This document shows positions 42,408-53,390 of a DNA stretch of 64,000 nt, piece after piece (within the stretch, counting starts at the first letter, position 1; each line of letters opens with the position of its first letter). The stretch is from Spirochaetia bacterium. Lineage in GTDB: Bacteria; Spirochaetota; Spirochaetia; UBA9216. A program made the position numbers and the translations under genes. Under the pieces are notes generated by a model, which did no database searches, was not told where the DNA came from, and saw nothing but the letters and a program-made list of their open reading frames with translations. The DNA lies in contig CAXXYH010000003.1 of the NCBI GenBank assembly GCA_963677925.2, positions 1 to 64,000 on the forward strand, read 5' to 3'.

Positions 42408-42616
42408 AGCTTCCTCCTGAAGTGTAACCGGGCTTTTCTTATAACAAAAAAAGTTACAACAGAGAGCCCGGGGAAAAGCAGTGCAGACAACCACAATAAT
42501 GAACCTGAAGAGTTCTGATATAGTATTTTGTGATGATCTGCCTTAGAGCCTCATGTCCCTTTGTACTCCTGTTAAATAAGTAATTTTATGTTAACGATGA
42601 AGTTAAATAATGTCAA
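42408..42616 (-). promoter_or_regulatory. Sigma70 promoter and structured leader with a 3-codon uORF upstream of ABC-F
   Basis: TTGACA-17-TAACAT (42616-42588), uORF ATG AGG CTC TAA (42554-42543), long hairpin 42428-42471. Confidence 0.5.
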
Positions 42617-42631
42617 CGCTTAACTTTTCTT

Positions 42632-43702
42632 TTATAAACCTAAAGAACTAATCCAACGGTTAATCTCATGAAGAAGCTCTACTGAAACTGTATCATCAAT
42701 ATCAGAATAATCCTGATATCCTTTAGTAGGCTGAAGCATATGGTTCAAATTAGGAAACTCTATTATTGAATTTTTATCATTCCAGTTCCTGCTTAAGGCT
42801 AATTTTGTATATTTAAGGTTTTCTTCCGGCGGCACCTGAATGTCATACTGTCCTATAACGGCAAGTACGGGCATTTTGAGTTTTTCTATATAATCAGAAG
42901 GATTATTCAAAAATATATATCTGTACCATGGTAAAGTAATTTTTGTGGAAAGATTATAACGGTCAGCCAGGTTATAAATTTCAGTATCTTTGAAATATGA
43001 ATCATATAGTTTTTCAACTTTAAATCTGGACTCATTACGGTTACTGTAATTATCAACAAGTTCATTATATTCCCTGTGAAAACTCATCAGCATCTCTTTC
43101 TCATCATCCGGAGTCCCTGCAATTTCGTAGGATAAGACTGCCGCATTCAGGCTTACATCCCTTAACGGCAGAGCAGGAGTTCCAAGTAGAATTACGAATG
43201 AAATATCAGGGTCTTCAGCTGCCGCCATTGCGCTTACTATTCCCCCCTCAGAATGACCGATAAATCCGATATTACAATTACGAGTCTCTTTATAACTTCT
43301 TAAAAAACTAAGCGCAGCGCTCAGATCCCGTGCAAAATCTGCGGTTGTGTTCTGGTAAAACAACTCAGGATCTGAGTTATATTCACGATCATTAAGCCTG
43401 AGAACTGCAGTACCGTTTTCTGCAAGGAAATCAGCAATAACGGCAAAAGGTTTATGATAATTCCATTCCGCATCATAGTTATGCGGGCCGGAACCGCTTA
43501 CCAAAACTACTACCGGAAAGGAGTTCCTGTTATTGGGTATGCTTAAAATACCTTCCAAAAATACATCATCATCTTCGTTATAAATAGTAACAAATTGATT
43601 TTCATAATTAAAAGGCGGTTCCGGGTTTTGCGGTCTTGAAACGGTTTGACAGGAAGTTAGTACAACTAAAAATATTATAAGAACTTTGATTTTTATATTC
43701 AT
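42632..43702 (-). CDS. Alpha/beta hydrolase lipoprotein
   Basis: VLTSC lipobox, SGSGP, GHSEGG, DIQV, LNH. Confidence 0.85.
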   Translation of the reverse strand: MNIKIKVLIIFLVVLTSCQTVSRPQNPEPPFNYENQFVTIYNEDDDVFLEGILSIPNNRNSFPVVVLVSGSGPHNYDAEWNYHKPFAVIADFLAENGTAVLRLNDREYNSDPELFYQNTTADFARDLSAALSFLRSYKETRNCNIGFIGHSEGGIVSAMAAAEDPDISFVILLGTPALPLRDVSLNAAVLSYEIAGTPDDEKEMLMSFHREYNELVDNYSNRNESRFKVEKLYDSYFKDTEIYNLADRYNLSTKITLPWYRYIFLNNPSDYIEKLKMPVLAVIGQYDIQVPPEENLKYTKLALSRNWNDKNSIIEFPNLNHMLQPTKGYQDYSDIDDTVSVELLHEINRWISSLGL

Positions 43703-43797
43703 GACAATTACTATTATATTAAATATTTTTAATATTTGTACATAGATTTGAATTACACGGTATTTTTTCATAAAGTTAGTATGTATGCAGGAATTTA

Positions 43798-45042
43798 ATG
43801 AATTTTAATACATTTTTTAGACGTATTATAGGATTATTTGCCGCGGAAGATGAGCTGCTTATGGGCCGTGAAATAAAAGAATGGCGTCAGGAAGTCTGTG
43901 ATACAGTATTCAAATTTTTCGCAATACTTGCATTTTTCACTTATATTCCCAGTGTCTATCTATCAATTAAGGAGCATTATTATCTTATTGCTTTTGCTGA
44001 TACTCTGTTTTATTTATCATTTTTGATATTGGCAAGAATAAAGAATTTGAATTACAAAATTAAAAACTCGATTGGACTTGCCATATTCTTTTTTCTTGGC
44101 TTAGTAGTTCTTATAGTTCTCGGTCCTCTGGGTGCCGGTGAAATATGGATGTTTTCAACAACTATTCTTGCCGCTTTTTTATTGGGGAATAAGGGCGCTA
44201 TAGCCTCATTTTTGATATACACTATTACCAATATCACAGTCTGGATTCTACTGGATTCTGGAAACCTGGACTGGGAAAGTAAATTTAATATACTTCCAGA
44301 CGCCTGGCTTGTAAAAAGTCTAAATTATATTCTGCTGAATATGAGTATTGTTGTTTCTAATGCATTATTTTTAAAAGGTTTTCAGAATCTGATCAAAAGA
44401 ATTGTTCAAACTAGAAATGCAAGTATGATCGGTCTGGCTAAACTTGCAGAATACAGAGATAATGACACCGGACAGCACCTTATACGTTTACAGAACTATA
44501 TAGAGCTCCTGACGGATGATCTGAGAATATCAGGTAAATACCACGGCTATATAACAAAGGAGTACATAAGAGATCTCAAAAATTCAATTATTCTTCATGA
44601 TATTGGAAAAGTAGGAATTCAGGATTCCATATTATTGAAACCAGACAAACTCGATAAGGAAGAATATGATATTATTAAAAGTCATCCTGTAATTGGAGGA
44701 GCTGTTATCTCAGCTATAGAGAAAAATATCTCCGGTCAATCCTTATACAGCCTAGGTAAGGAGATAGCCTTATATCATCATGAAAGGTGGGATGGTTTGG
44801 GGTATCCAGAAGGTTTGAAAGGCGACAGGATACCCTTATCAGCACGAATAACAGCGCTGGTTGATGTTTATGATGCCCTTGTTTCAGAACGTCCCTATAA
44901 AAAAGCCTTCAAACATGAAGATGCAGTTGAACTCATTAGTGAGCAGCGTGGTAAGCAGTTTGATCCGGATATAGTGGACAGCTTCATGAACGTATCTGAA
45001 CAGATATTCAGAATCTCCATTTCGCATTCAGATACTGAGTAA
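43798..45042 (+). CDS. Membrane-anchored HD-GYP phosphodiesterase
   Basis: LHDIGK, HHERWDGLGYP, DVYDAL..RPYK; TM N-terminus. Confidence 0.9.
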   Translation: MNFNTFFRRIIGLFAAEDELLMGREIKEWRQEVCDTVFKFFAILAFFTYIPSVYLSIKEHYYLIAFADTLFYLSFLILARIKNLNYKIKNSIGLAIFFFLGLVVLIVLGPLGAGEIWMFSTTILAAFLLGNKGAIASFLIYTITNITVWILLDSGNLDWESKFNILPDAWLVKSLNYILLNMSIVVSNALFLKGFQNLIKRIVQTRNASMIGLAKLAEYRDNDTGQHLIRLQNYIELLTDDLRISGKYHGYITKEYIRDLKNSIILHDIGKVGIQDSILLKPDKLDKEEYDIIKSHPVIGGAVISAIEKNISGQSLYSLGKEIALYHHERWDGLGYPEGLKGDRIPLSARITALVDVYDALVSERPYKKAFKHEDAVELISEQRGKQFDPDIVDSFMNVSEQIFRISISHSDTE

Positions 45043-45053
45043 TCTCGGGATAA

Positions 45054-46136
45054 TTATATCAGCTGTGATGCAAGCTTTTCAGCAGCTTCTTTAAGTTCCT
45101 CGCCTTTTTCGAGTCCGCTTATAAATTTTGATGGAATACCGCTTAGTCCTACCTGTGCCCCTGTAAGTGCACCGGTTAGAATTGCGCGGGCCTGATTCTG
45201 GCCTCCGCCGTTGACTGCATTCAATACTGCCGATTCAAAATCATTTCTAAATCGAGCTGAAAGATAATAAACTGCCGGAATTTGATGATATATAGCACAG
45301 GGCATTCCGTAAACTATAGAAACTTTCCATGCAGGTTCAATTTTAATATCCGGATCAGCCGCAGCCTCAGCCATATATGATGGCGTAAGCAGTGCATCAG
45401 GTGAGGCAAACCTGCCTGCTCTTGGCATTTCAGTATCGCCTGCTTTCGGGGGTTCAAGATCTTCATTTGTTACAGAATGAAAAGGTAGTTCACCAGTGTG
45501 AACTAGTTTCATGAGTCTTCCTGATATTTGCTTATCTAATGGATACCCCTGAACAAGCTGACCAAGAATTGCTGCATATGCAACCGTTATCGATACGATG
45601 GTGTCGTCAGTTTGAGTCAGCAATGTATTTCCGGATACAAATTCGGCCAGTTTTGAAGGTTTAAGTGCGTATCTTACAGCGATAGGTATTGTTCTTTCTA
45701 TAGCTTCGGTAGTATCGGCATTCCCCCCTGTTTGTCCCCAGGGTAATTTTCTTAAAGTTCTTTTTTTCCAGGCTTCACGTATTGACTGGCTTGTATAATT
45801 ACCCGGACCGCTTATTGGAGTTCCATCAATAAGGGGAAAGAAATCATTATCCATTCTTCTGCAGAAATCTACTTCGCTGTATCCTCCGTGTTCTATTAAA
45901 GAATTAAGAGTCAAATTAAGCAGATATCCTGCCTGTGACAGCGAACCGGCTTTTAATCCGTCATGATATCGACCCGGCATAGGATCTGTGTAATAATCAA
46001 TCCATTCGCCGTAATCTATTCTTTGTTTTTCTATATTGTAATACCAGTGCGGTCCAAGAGCGAGTGCATCTCCGATAAATGCCCCTAAAACAGCACCTGC
46101 AGCCCGATCTTTAATCTTTTTATCTAAATCAGCCAT
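45054..46136 (-). CDS. ADP-ribosylglycohydrolase family protein
   Basis: GAFIGDALA, AVNGGG..ARAILTGALTGAQVG. Confidence 0.8.
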   Translation of the reverse strand: MADLDKKIKDRAAGAVLGAFIGDALALGPHWYYNIEKQRIDYGEWIDYYTDPMPGRYHDGLKAGSLSQAGYLLNLTLNSLIEHGGYSEVDFCRRMDNDFFPLIDGTPISGPGNYTSQSIREAWKKRTLRKLPWGQTGGNADTTEAIERTIPIAVRYALKPSKLAEFVSGNTLLTQTDDTIVSITVAYAAILGQLVQGYPLDKQISGRLMKLVHTGELPFHSVTNEDLEPPKAGDTEMPRAGRFASPDALLTPSYMAEAAADPDIKIEPAWKVSIVYGMPCAIYHQIPAVYYLSARFRNDFESAVLNAVNGGGQNQARAILTGALTGAQVGLSGIPSKFISGLEKGEELKEAAEKLASQLI

Positions 46137-46280
46137 AGTTAACTCCTCAAACTTATCTAAATTTAATAAAAAATTTACTGAAAATCAAAAAGGATTGTAT
46201 TCGATTACATAGCATTTTAAGATTTCATTTCATATAATTAATTATTACAGTTTTAAACGGTATTTAACGGAGCCGTCTGA

Positions 46281-47570
46281 TTGAAAGAAAAAGTTGACAT
46301 CAAGACATTCAGAACAGGAATCATATTAGCCTATCTCTTTTACGGTGCTTTCGGATTTATTGATTATATGCTAATGCCTGTTCATTTCAAAACCGGGTTT
46401 TATATTAGGTTTTTAATGGTGTATCCGGTAATAACTGCAGGATTTATTATTTCAAATTTCAGAAATTCTGAGAAATATCTAAAATTACTGGCTCTTTTAC
46501 TGCTTATCACCGGTCAGGCTGGTATTCTTATTATGATTTCAGTCTCTTCTGCAGAAGAGCCTGCATACTATCATTACTACGTTGGGTTGATACTAATGAT
46601 TTTAGCCTGCGAATTTATCTTTAGATTAAATTTATTAACAACATTGCTTTACTTTCTTCTTTCAGAGTTTGCATATATTTTTGTTGCATTTTATTTTCAA
46701 AGAATAGCTGAAAATACTGATTTTTATAAAGATATTCACTGGTTCTGGGGAAATCTGATGTTCATGACATCAGCTGGAATTATATCAATAATGGGGACTG
46801 GCAGAATTCAGAAGAACGCCAAAGAAATACGTGAGAAAGCTCAAGTCCTTATTTCGGCAAAACTTGAGGCAGAAGAGGCTAATAAAATTAAGTCTGCATT
46901 TTTACATAATATCAGCCATGAAATTCGCACCCCTTTAAACGGAATTATTGGATATTCAAGGCTTATTGCAGATACCGCAGATGTAGAAAATGATAAATTG
47001 CAGACATATTGTGAAATTGTTAACTATAGCAGTTCACAGCTTATTGATATTGTTGACAGCATTATATATATGTCTGAAATTGAGACAGGAAAATCGGAAC
47101 TTAATATTGAACCGGTATGTTTGATAAGTCTTTCTGCTGAGCTAAAGAAACATTTTAAATTTCCGACTGAGCATAAATCGCTGATATTAAATATAAATAC
47201 AAATCTTAACGCAAAAAACCAAATGATAAATACAGATGAACAGCGTTTAAAGATTGTTCTTAACGATCTAGTAGGTAATGCTGTGAAATTTACTGAAAAA
47301 GGTTCAATTACATTAAATATTGATTATAATGATTCAGAGTATGTAATTAGTGTCAGTGATACCGGAATCGGTATAGAACAGAAATATTTTTATAAAATAT
47401 TTGAGCCGTTCTATCAGGTAGAAAGCGGTTATGAAAGAAGCTACAGGGGAAATGGTCTCGGGCTTGCTGTTGCAAAGTCCTTTACCGAACTGCTTGGGGG
47501 AAAAATAACTATTGAAAGTACTCCTGGTAAAGGTTCTGTTTTTACTTTAAAACTGCCCGATTTAAAATAG
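46281..47570 (+). CDS. Membrane sensor histidine kinase
   Basis: [27 protein letters not shown]. Confidence 0.9.
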   Translation: MKEKVDIKTFRTGIILAYLFYGAFGFIDYMLMPVHFKTGFYIRFLMVYPVITAGFIISNFRNSEKYLKLLALLLLITGQAGILIMISVSSAEEPAYYHYYVGLILMILACEFIFRLNLLTTLLYFLLSEFAYIFVAFYFQRIAENTDFYKDIHWFWGNLMFMTSAGIISIMGTGRIQKNAKEIREKAQVLISAKLEAEEANKIKSAFLHNISHEIRTPLNGIIGYSRLIADTADVENDKLQTYCEIVNYSSSQLIDIVDSIIYMSEIETGKSELNIEPVCLISLSAELKKHFKFPTEHKSLILNINTNLNAKNQMINTDEQRLKIVLNDLVGNAVKFTEKGSITLNIDYNDSEYVISVSDTGIGIEQKYFYKIFEPFYQVESGYERSYRGNGLGLAVAKSFTELLGGKITIESTPGKGSVFTLKLPDLK

Positions 47571-47651
47571 TGAAATCAGCATTCATACTGGATAGTCAGG
47601 GAAGAATTGGATATGCTGGAATTCTTACAACGACTGAAAATGAAGGCAGAG

Positions 47652-48467
47652 TTAAAAAAAATCAGGAGCTTTTTTTCTTTTTAGCATGAAAAAAAGAAGA
47701 ATCCCAAAAAGCGAAAGAATTATTCCAAGTGCGTTAAACCATACAGGCTGATGCAGTGTTTCAGAAGTTGGAATGTAACCGTTTATACTGACTCCGATTA
47801 TATCGATGAGCAGGACAGGAAGAAAATTTACAGCAGCATGTAAAATGATACCCGGCAGTACAGAACCTGAGAGTATAAATAAATATCCGAAAATACAGCC
47901 ATAAATAAAGGCTCCCGGGAACTGCAGCGGATTAAGATGGAATAAACCGAAGAGAAATGCTGACCAGAATATTGCTTTTGGTGAAGATATTGTTCTATTT
48001 AATCTTTCAAGGATTAGTCCACGGAAAATCAGTTCTTCAGTAAGGGGGGCGACAATACATAAGGTCAGAATTTCAACCAGGATATCAAAAAAGCTGCCAT
48101 TGGTACTTATTAAATTTTCAAGTAGAAATATTTCATGTAGAGGAAGAACAGTTCTTAAAATATTATCAAATTCAGATACTAAAATAGATATTCCTAGAAT
48201 CAGTAGTAACCCTGGGAAAAGATATATGGTCCGGAAGCGTTTGATTGAGTAAAAATTAAAAAGATCGGCTCCGTCTCTGCTTGCAAGATAATATATATAG
48301 CTGCCGAAAACTATGATATTTACAAAACCTGCAATTAAAGTGATATTCAGATTTTTGTTTATCAGCATTGCCGCTGCCGTAATAAACAGTCCGCCTAAAA
48401 ACTGAAGAACTGAAAGAATAATGAGAATTACAATCGCTTTTTTTAAACCAAAATAATTATCTTCCAT
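47652..48467 (-). CDS. CPBP/CAAX (Abi) intramembrane protease
   Basis: EELIFRG, FGLFH, HAAVN. Confidence 0.9.
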   Translation of the reverse strand: MEDNYFGLKKAIVILIILSVLQFLGGLFITAAAMLINKNLNITLIAGFVNIIVFGSYIYYLASRDGADLFNFYSIKRFRTIYLFPGLLLILGISILVSEFDNILRTVLPLHEIFLLENLISTNGSFFDILVEILTLCIVAPLTEELIFRGLILERLNRTISSPKAIFWSAFLFGLFHLNPLQFPGAFIYGCIFGYLFILSGSVLPGIILHAAVNFLPVLLIDIIGVSINGYIPTSETLHQPVWFNALGIILSLFGILLFFMLKRKKAPDFF

Positions 48468-48512
48468 GCTTTTTTATACTGACAAATATTATAATAATTT
48501 GGTTTAACATCT

Positions 48513-48974
48513 TCATCCTCTGGTTAGATTGAGCTGATTTCCCAGAGTTTTAGCGGCTTTATCCATTCTGGCGCCTATAGCTACACCAATAGCTAATCCA
48601 ATAGGAAGGCCAAGACCTATAAAGGCCATGTTATTCAATGATAAACCGAGAGCTGCACCTATTGGTACACCAAAAGCTGCCATTCCCATGGCCATCCATT
48701 TATTTTGATAATGATTTTTAGTTACCAGTTTTAGTTCTTTTTCAAGAGTGTTGAGTACATTCTCCTGGGTACTGTTTAATAGTTTCAAAAGTTTTTTTGG
48801 TTCGCCATCAAATGAATTTATTGAATCTATCATATTATTAAAAGTTTCAATCATTTTATCAGGTATATTTCTGTTTCTAATTTCATTAAACAAGTTAACA
48901 AGACTTACCAAGCGAACCTGAATTTTCTGATTTTCATAATCGCTATGGTTTAATTCAATTTTTTTGATTCTCAT
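48513..48974 (-). CDS. Hypothetical membrane protein
   Basis: C-terminal Gly-rich hydrophobic hairpin. Confidence 0.6.
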   Translation of the reverse strand: MRIKKIELNHSDYENQKIQVRLVSLVNLFNEIRNRNIPDKMIETFNNMIDSINSFDGEPKKLLKLLNSTQENVLNTLEKELKLVTKNHYQNKWMAMGMAAFGVPIGAALGLSLNNMAFIGLGLPIGLAIGVAIGARMDKAAKTLGNQLNLTRG

Positions 48975-49086
48975 ATAGAAAATTTCTCCATATATCAGAT
49001 GCTGAAATATTTTATCATAAAAAATTTAAAAAGCAAGAATATCAGTTTCAGATTTATTTAGAACTGTAGAAATACTGAGGAATCGG

Positions 49087-49446
49087 TCAGTCAAAAAAAT
49101 GTAGAAGAGGATCATCATCTTCATCATCCTCCGGTAAAGGTTTAGATGTTATAAAAATAACATCTTTTTCTATTTTCAGCCCATATCTTTTTAATCTGGA
49201 AGCATCATGATTGAGGCATTCTCCAGTCACCAGATTAAATTTCCATCCATGTCGCGGACAGGTCGCGACATCTCCTGATATTTTTCCTGTTGTTATATCT
49301 GCGCCCTGGTGTTTACAGCCAACTTCGATTGCGTAAAACTCAGAATCCGCTTCTTTTATAATTGCTACTTTTTTACTCAATATAGTGAGACTTTTTATTC
49401 TATTATTTTTAAAATCATTAATATTTGCTGCTTTTATATAATTCAA
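49087..49446 (-). CDS. Rieske 2Fe-2S ferredoxin
   Basis: CKHQG and CPRHGWKF. Confidence 0.9.
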   Translation of the reverse strand: MNYIKAANINDFKNNRIKSLTILSKKVAIIKEADSEFYAIEVGCKHQGADITTGKISGDVATCPRHGWKFNLVTGECLNHDASRLKRYGLKIEKDVIFITSKPLPEDDEDDDPLLHFFD

Positions 49447-49489
49447 TCTCTTTACCCTTCCCTGTATTATAGCATATTGTTTAATATAA

Positions 49490-49881
49490 GCAGGTTATTT
49501 TTCGTTGCTCCGACGATTATCGACCTGGAACAGGCTCAAAACATTTTTAACAACATTCAAAACGACTTCATCACCCAATTCCTGATTAACCTGGGCGAAT
49601 ACGGCGCTGCAATCGCATTGATTTTCTTCGGCATGCATTCTATTCTCAACGGCATCCTGATACTGAAAACAGAACGATTGCCCAATTTTGTAAGCCTCGC
49701 ATTCATTATAGGCGGTGCTGGGTTGCGGAGCTTTTTCTACCGTCTCCTTGGTTTTTCGCTGTTTATGATTGTAGCACTTCCCGGTCTGATTGCGGTGTCC
49801 ATAATCAGCTTTTGGCTGGTGTTCAAGGGCGCTCCGAATAGTTCAGACCATTATCCATTGTCTTCAATGCTTCTAAAATAA
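49490..49881 (+). pseudogene. 5'-truncated DUF4386-like membrane protein fragment
   Basis: IALIFFGMHSILNGILILKTERLP...WLVFKG; no plausible start or RBS; higher GC than its flanks. Confidence 0.4.
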
Positions 49882-50731
49882 TATCTCTTAATTCATCATT
49901 ATATTTTGGTTTTTTTTCAAAAATATAAATATTCTTTATATTCTTCATGCCAAAGAGCAAAGTGAAATATAAAGAACGCAGAAATGTAATGATATTTAGC
50001 CATACTGTTGAATATTCTTGATTATCTGCAATATCTGTCCAGTGCTTTTCATCAAATATTAGGGTTAGGTTATGTATCCAGCGTTCATAATCAGAGATAT
50101 TTAGCAGTCCTCTATACATCATAATAATTACAATGCGGGCAAGTCTATTATCTTCATTATTTATAAAATACAAATTGTTGTATTTATGAAATTGAGAAGC
50201 AATAAGATTTAGCATTTCAAGATGATCATCTTTTGTTGAATAACGATGGAATGCGAGATCCCGTAATAGATCAGCTGTATGTGATATTGCATGAGCCCAA
50301 CCCTTTCCGGAGATATATCCTCTAAAATCATTTTCTTCTTTTGCATAGTGTATTGATTTTTCATACCATGAAATGTATTCATTATATGGCAAAAATGAAG
50401 TTCGATTATTCAAAAATAAAAGCTCATCTTGTGTGATAATAAGAGAAATAATGAGCACTGAAAAAGTTCTCAAAAAGATTGAATCAGATTCTTTCCTATC
50501 AAATTTATAAGAAATATTATCAATCAAACGATTTCCTATCTCTAATAGCTTTTTTCCAGATAAAACATTTGATTCAATTAATTCCCAAAGTAAATCTAAA
50601 CAGCCTTCTCTGATCAGACTATCTGTATTACCTAAATTTGATTCTATCTGTAATAATATACTCTGAAAATCTGATTCATTAATAAGTTCTATGCCTGTGC
50701 TTGTATACTTTTGTAATTCTAAATTATCCAA
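49823..50731 (-). CDS. DUF2785-family protein
   Basis: IFLRTFSVL, DFRGY..KGWAHAISHTAD, EDNRLA. Confidence 0.8.
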   Translation of the reverse strand: MDNLELQKYTSTGIELINESDFQSILLQIESNLGNTDSLIREGCLDLLWELIESNVLSGKKLLEIGNRLIDNISYKFDRKESDSIFLRTFSVLIISLIITQDELLFLNNRTSFLPYNEYISWYEKSIHYAKEENDFRGYISGKGWAHAISHTADLLRDLAFHRYSTKDDHLEMLNLIASQFHKYNNLYFINNEDNRLARIVIIMMYRGLLNISDYERWIHNLTLIFDEKHWTDIADNQEYSTVWLNIITFLRSLYFTLLFGMKNIKNIYIFEKKPKYNDELRDIILEALKTMDNGLNYSERP

Positions 50732-50925
50732 TAATTAAACCTCTTTCACATTTTTTATTTTATTAAATAAGCCCATCATTATAATATCTCCATACACTTA
50801 CAAGTTTGTAAGCTTCATTCTTTATTGTAAATTCAAATTCTTGGAACATTTCAAATCTCTTAATATAAATAATTTCCCTAATAATTACAGGTTACTTTTA
50901 ACTCTTACTTTCTAAAAATTTTCAA

Positions 50926-51543
50926 TTACCATTTATTAAACAAAATATGTTTGTCTATATCTAATTTCTTCTGTGGAATTTCTTTAATTTCACTTTTTTT
51001 ATACCCAATTGGTATTATTGAAGCTACTTCAAAGTTATCTGGAATGCCTAATATATTTTTTACAGCTCCTGTATTTTTTGGAATGAATGTTACACCAAAA
51101 ATATTTTTTTCAGTCAATGAAAGTAATAAATTTTCAATTGCACACCAAATAGAAGCAAATCCATTAATATCATAAACTCTTACAGCTTCTTTAATATTTG
51201 TTTTTGGTTTATATACTGCAACAATTGATAAAGGAGCTTCAAGAATCATTCTTTTTTGTTTTGGAATTGCATCAAAATACATTTTTCTTGCAATTGGATC
51301 ATGATCTTTAAACGATACTTTCATTTCTTCTGTTATTCTTTCATACATTTCTTCTGTTTGAGTAAGTTTGACCTTTTGTTTTTCATCATCAATTATTAGA
51401 AAGTACCATTTTTTTAAATGATCATATGTTGGTGCCATAAAAGCATTTTTGATTGCATCTTTTACTTCATCAATATCTAATGCTTGATCTGAGAAATCTC
51501 TTATTGTTCGTCTGTTTATGATTACCTGTTTAAAATCCATCAT
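50926..51543 (-). CDS. Nitroreductase family protein
   Basis: RRTIRDF, AP..W.F, AIENLLL, IPIGY. Confidence 0.85.
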   Translation of the reverse strand: MMDFKQVIINRRTIRDFSDQALDIDEVKDAIKNAFMAPTYDHLKKWYFLIIDDEKQKVKLTQTEEMYERITEEMKVSFKDHDPIARKMYFDAIPKQKRMILEAPLSIVAVYKPKTNIKEAVRVYDINGFASIWCAIENLLLSLTEKNIFGVTFIPKNTGAVKNILGIPDNFEVASIIPIGYKKSEIKEIPQKKLDIDKHILFNKW

Positions 51544-51613
51544 AGTTCCCCAATTATTTTAAAGACTATCAGTTTTACTTGTTTTCTCGTCTTATTTATT
51601 TTACTATTTTTTT

Positions 51614-51734
51614 GCAGCCTGACGGTTGCAGTCTTCGATGCATGGCGCAGTTCTGGAACGCAGTATGAACAGCCTGGAGTGTCTCTGCCAGAACTGTAAC
51701 AAAGGTGTTGACGACTCTAAATCTCTTGTTATCA
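51614..51734. repeat. attC-like repeat 1 (left end eroded)
   Basis: CAGTTCTGG...CCAGAACTG...AAATCTCTTGTTAT present; AAC core missing. Confidence 0.8.
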
Positions 51735-51773
51735 AGAGCTTTTCTCTTAATATCTTATTTCTCTTTCTTAATT

Positions 51774-52220
51774 TCACGATTTCTCTTTTTCCCATTCCAT
51801 TATGTATTCTGATTCTTCAGTATCATTATCAATTATATCTGAAATTATTTTAAATCCATTGTTTTTATAAAAATTTATACTTTTCAAATTCTTTTTATAT
51901 ACTTTCAATTGTATTCTATCTCGTATTTCTTTTACGTAATTTATTAATTCACTACCAATTCCTAAACCTTGCATTTCTGTTTTTATAAAGATTGCTGCGA
52001 GATATTCATCTATCATTGAAATAAATCCCATAAGCGTATTTTCATTTTTAGCAACGTAAGTTTCTGAAATTGGAATATATTTTTCTTTCATTAACGATTT
52101 ATTCTCTTTCCAATAATTATCCGTAATGAAATCATGTGCTTTTATTGATACCTCATACCAGATTTCAATTATTTCATCTAAATCATTATCACTTAATTTT
52201 TGTATTCTTATATTTTTCAA
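51774..52220 (-). CDS. GNAT acetyltransferase (cassette)
   Basis: AHDFI...W, QGLGIGSELI, NLKSINFY. Confidence 0.9.
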   Translation of the reverse strand: MKNIRIQKLSDNDLDEIIEIWYEVSIKAHDFITDNYWKENKSLMKEKYIPISETYVAKNENTLMGFISMIDEYLAAIFIKTEMQGLGIGSELINYVKEIRDRIQLKVYKKNLKSINFYKNNGFKIISDIIDNDTEESEYIMEWEKEKS

Positions 52221-52345
52221 ACTATTCCCTCATGCAGTCTTTTTCATTTAAGAAGTCTCTATTCGCCGCCCTAATGCTCGCTTCCATCTGAATATCTAAC
52301 ATTGATATTTACATATATATAATATTTAAATCAAAAAATTTAGCT

Positions 52346-52483
52346 ATATAACGACGATTTGAGTAGCGAAACCGGCCAAGTCTTCGAGGCTTGGCACAGT
52401 TCTGGAACGTAGCGCGATCAGCGCGGAGTGTCACCGCCAGAACTGTGACAAAGATTTTGACTACTACAAAATTCTAGTTATCT
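52346..52483. repeat. attC-like repeat 2 (138 bp)
   Basis: ATATAAC-GACGATTTGAGTAG...CTACTACAAAATTCTA-GTTATCT. Confidence 0.9.
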
Positions 52484-52581
52484 GCTGTTGTAAATAATAA
52501 TTAATGGAGTATATAGATCAGCATACCTCCATATTTTATTCTTAATAATATTAATATAATATTTAAATAAAACTTAAACTC

Positions 52582-53229
52582 CTACCTTTCTATTTCTATA
52601 AGTTCAAAGATTTCTACTGGATTTTGTTTAAATTCAACTTTTATTGAATCTACAGAACGTCTAATAAAATATTTCTCCAATTCTTTTTCTACATATTCTG
52701 ATATTAAAATTTGAGTTTGGTACATCATATTAGATTGAGATAATCTATAACTTAAATTAACTGCATCACCTAAGACACTAAAGAATAATCTTGATTCAGT
52801 CCCTATGTTTCCAACACTTACAAAACCGCTATTGATTCCTATGACAATTGGAATAACTAAATCTTCATTATTAATTTCATCTTGTCCTTTTTTAATTTCT
52901 ATTGCAGTAATACATGCATCATCATAGTGATTTCCTCCATTTAATCCAAAAACTGCCATTATAGTATCACCTGATAGATTTATAATTTCTCCATTATTTT
53001 TTTCTATTATTTCAAAAGTATTTTTTATATAAGTATTCAAGGCATGTGTTAGACTAAACGGATTTAAATTTTCAGAAAGAAAATCCATCGATAAAACATC
53101 AACAACCAATATGGTTAAATTTTCATCGTTAAAACCTATATTACATATAGACTTTTCACCTTTTTGTATTTGATTATAAATATAATTACCAACAAATTTT
53201 TTGAATGATTCTGTTTTTTTCTTAAACAC
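52582..53229 (-). CDS. Stand-alone class III nucleotide cyclase (cassette)
   Basis: VVD, SGDTIMAVFG, GINSG..VGNIG, VLGDAVNLSYRL. Confidence 0.8.
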   Translation of the reverse strand: MFKKKTESFKKFVGNYIYNQIQKGEKSICNIGFNDENLTILVVDVLSMDFLSENLNPFSLTHALNTYIKNTFEIIEKNNGEIINLSGDTIMAVFGLNGGNHYDDACITAIEIKKGQDEINNEDLVIPIVIGINSGFVSVGNIGTESRLFFSVLGDAVNLSYRLSQSNMMYQTQILISEYVEKELEKYFIRRSVDSIKVEFKQNPVEIFELIEIER

Positions 53230-53390
53230 AACATTAACTCCTATATTTAACTTCTATATATAAACATTTAAAACAATTTGTACTCTTTCAACATTATTTG
53301 TCTGCAATAAGTAATTATAGAATTTCTATAATATTCTATTACATATTAAACCAAATATAATAGTTCTTAAATTTTTATCACTCTTCGTGC

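Noticed and set aside
49309-49489. 5' part of the 190-aa ORF 49309-49881
   Set aside because: It overlaps the Rieske gene on the opposite strand; only the 3' part looks protein-like.
24-51175. Numerous 60-180 aa ORFs antisense to or nested in long genes
   Set aside because: These are shadow frames with no motifs or RBS.
52582-53229. Pycsar/CBASS defence system call for the cyclase
   Set aside because: No adjacent effector gene is present and no diagnostic features could be verified.
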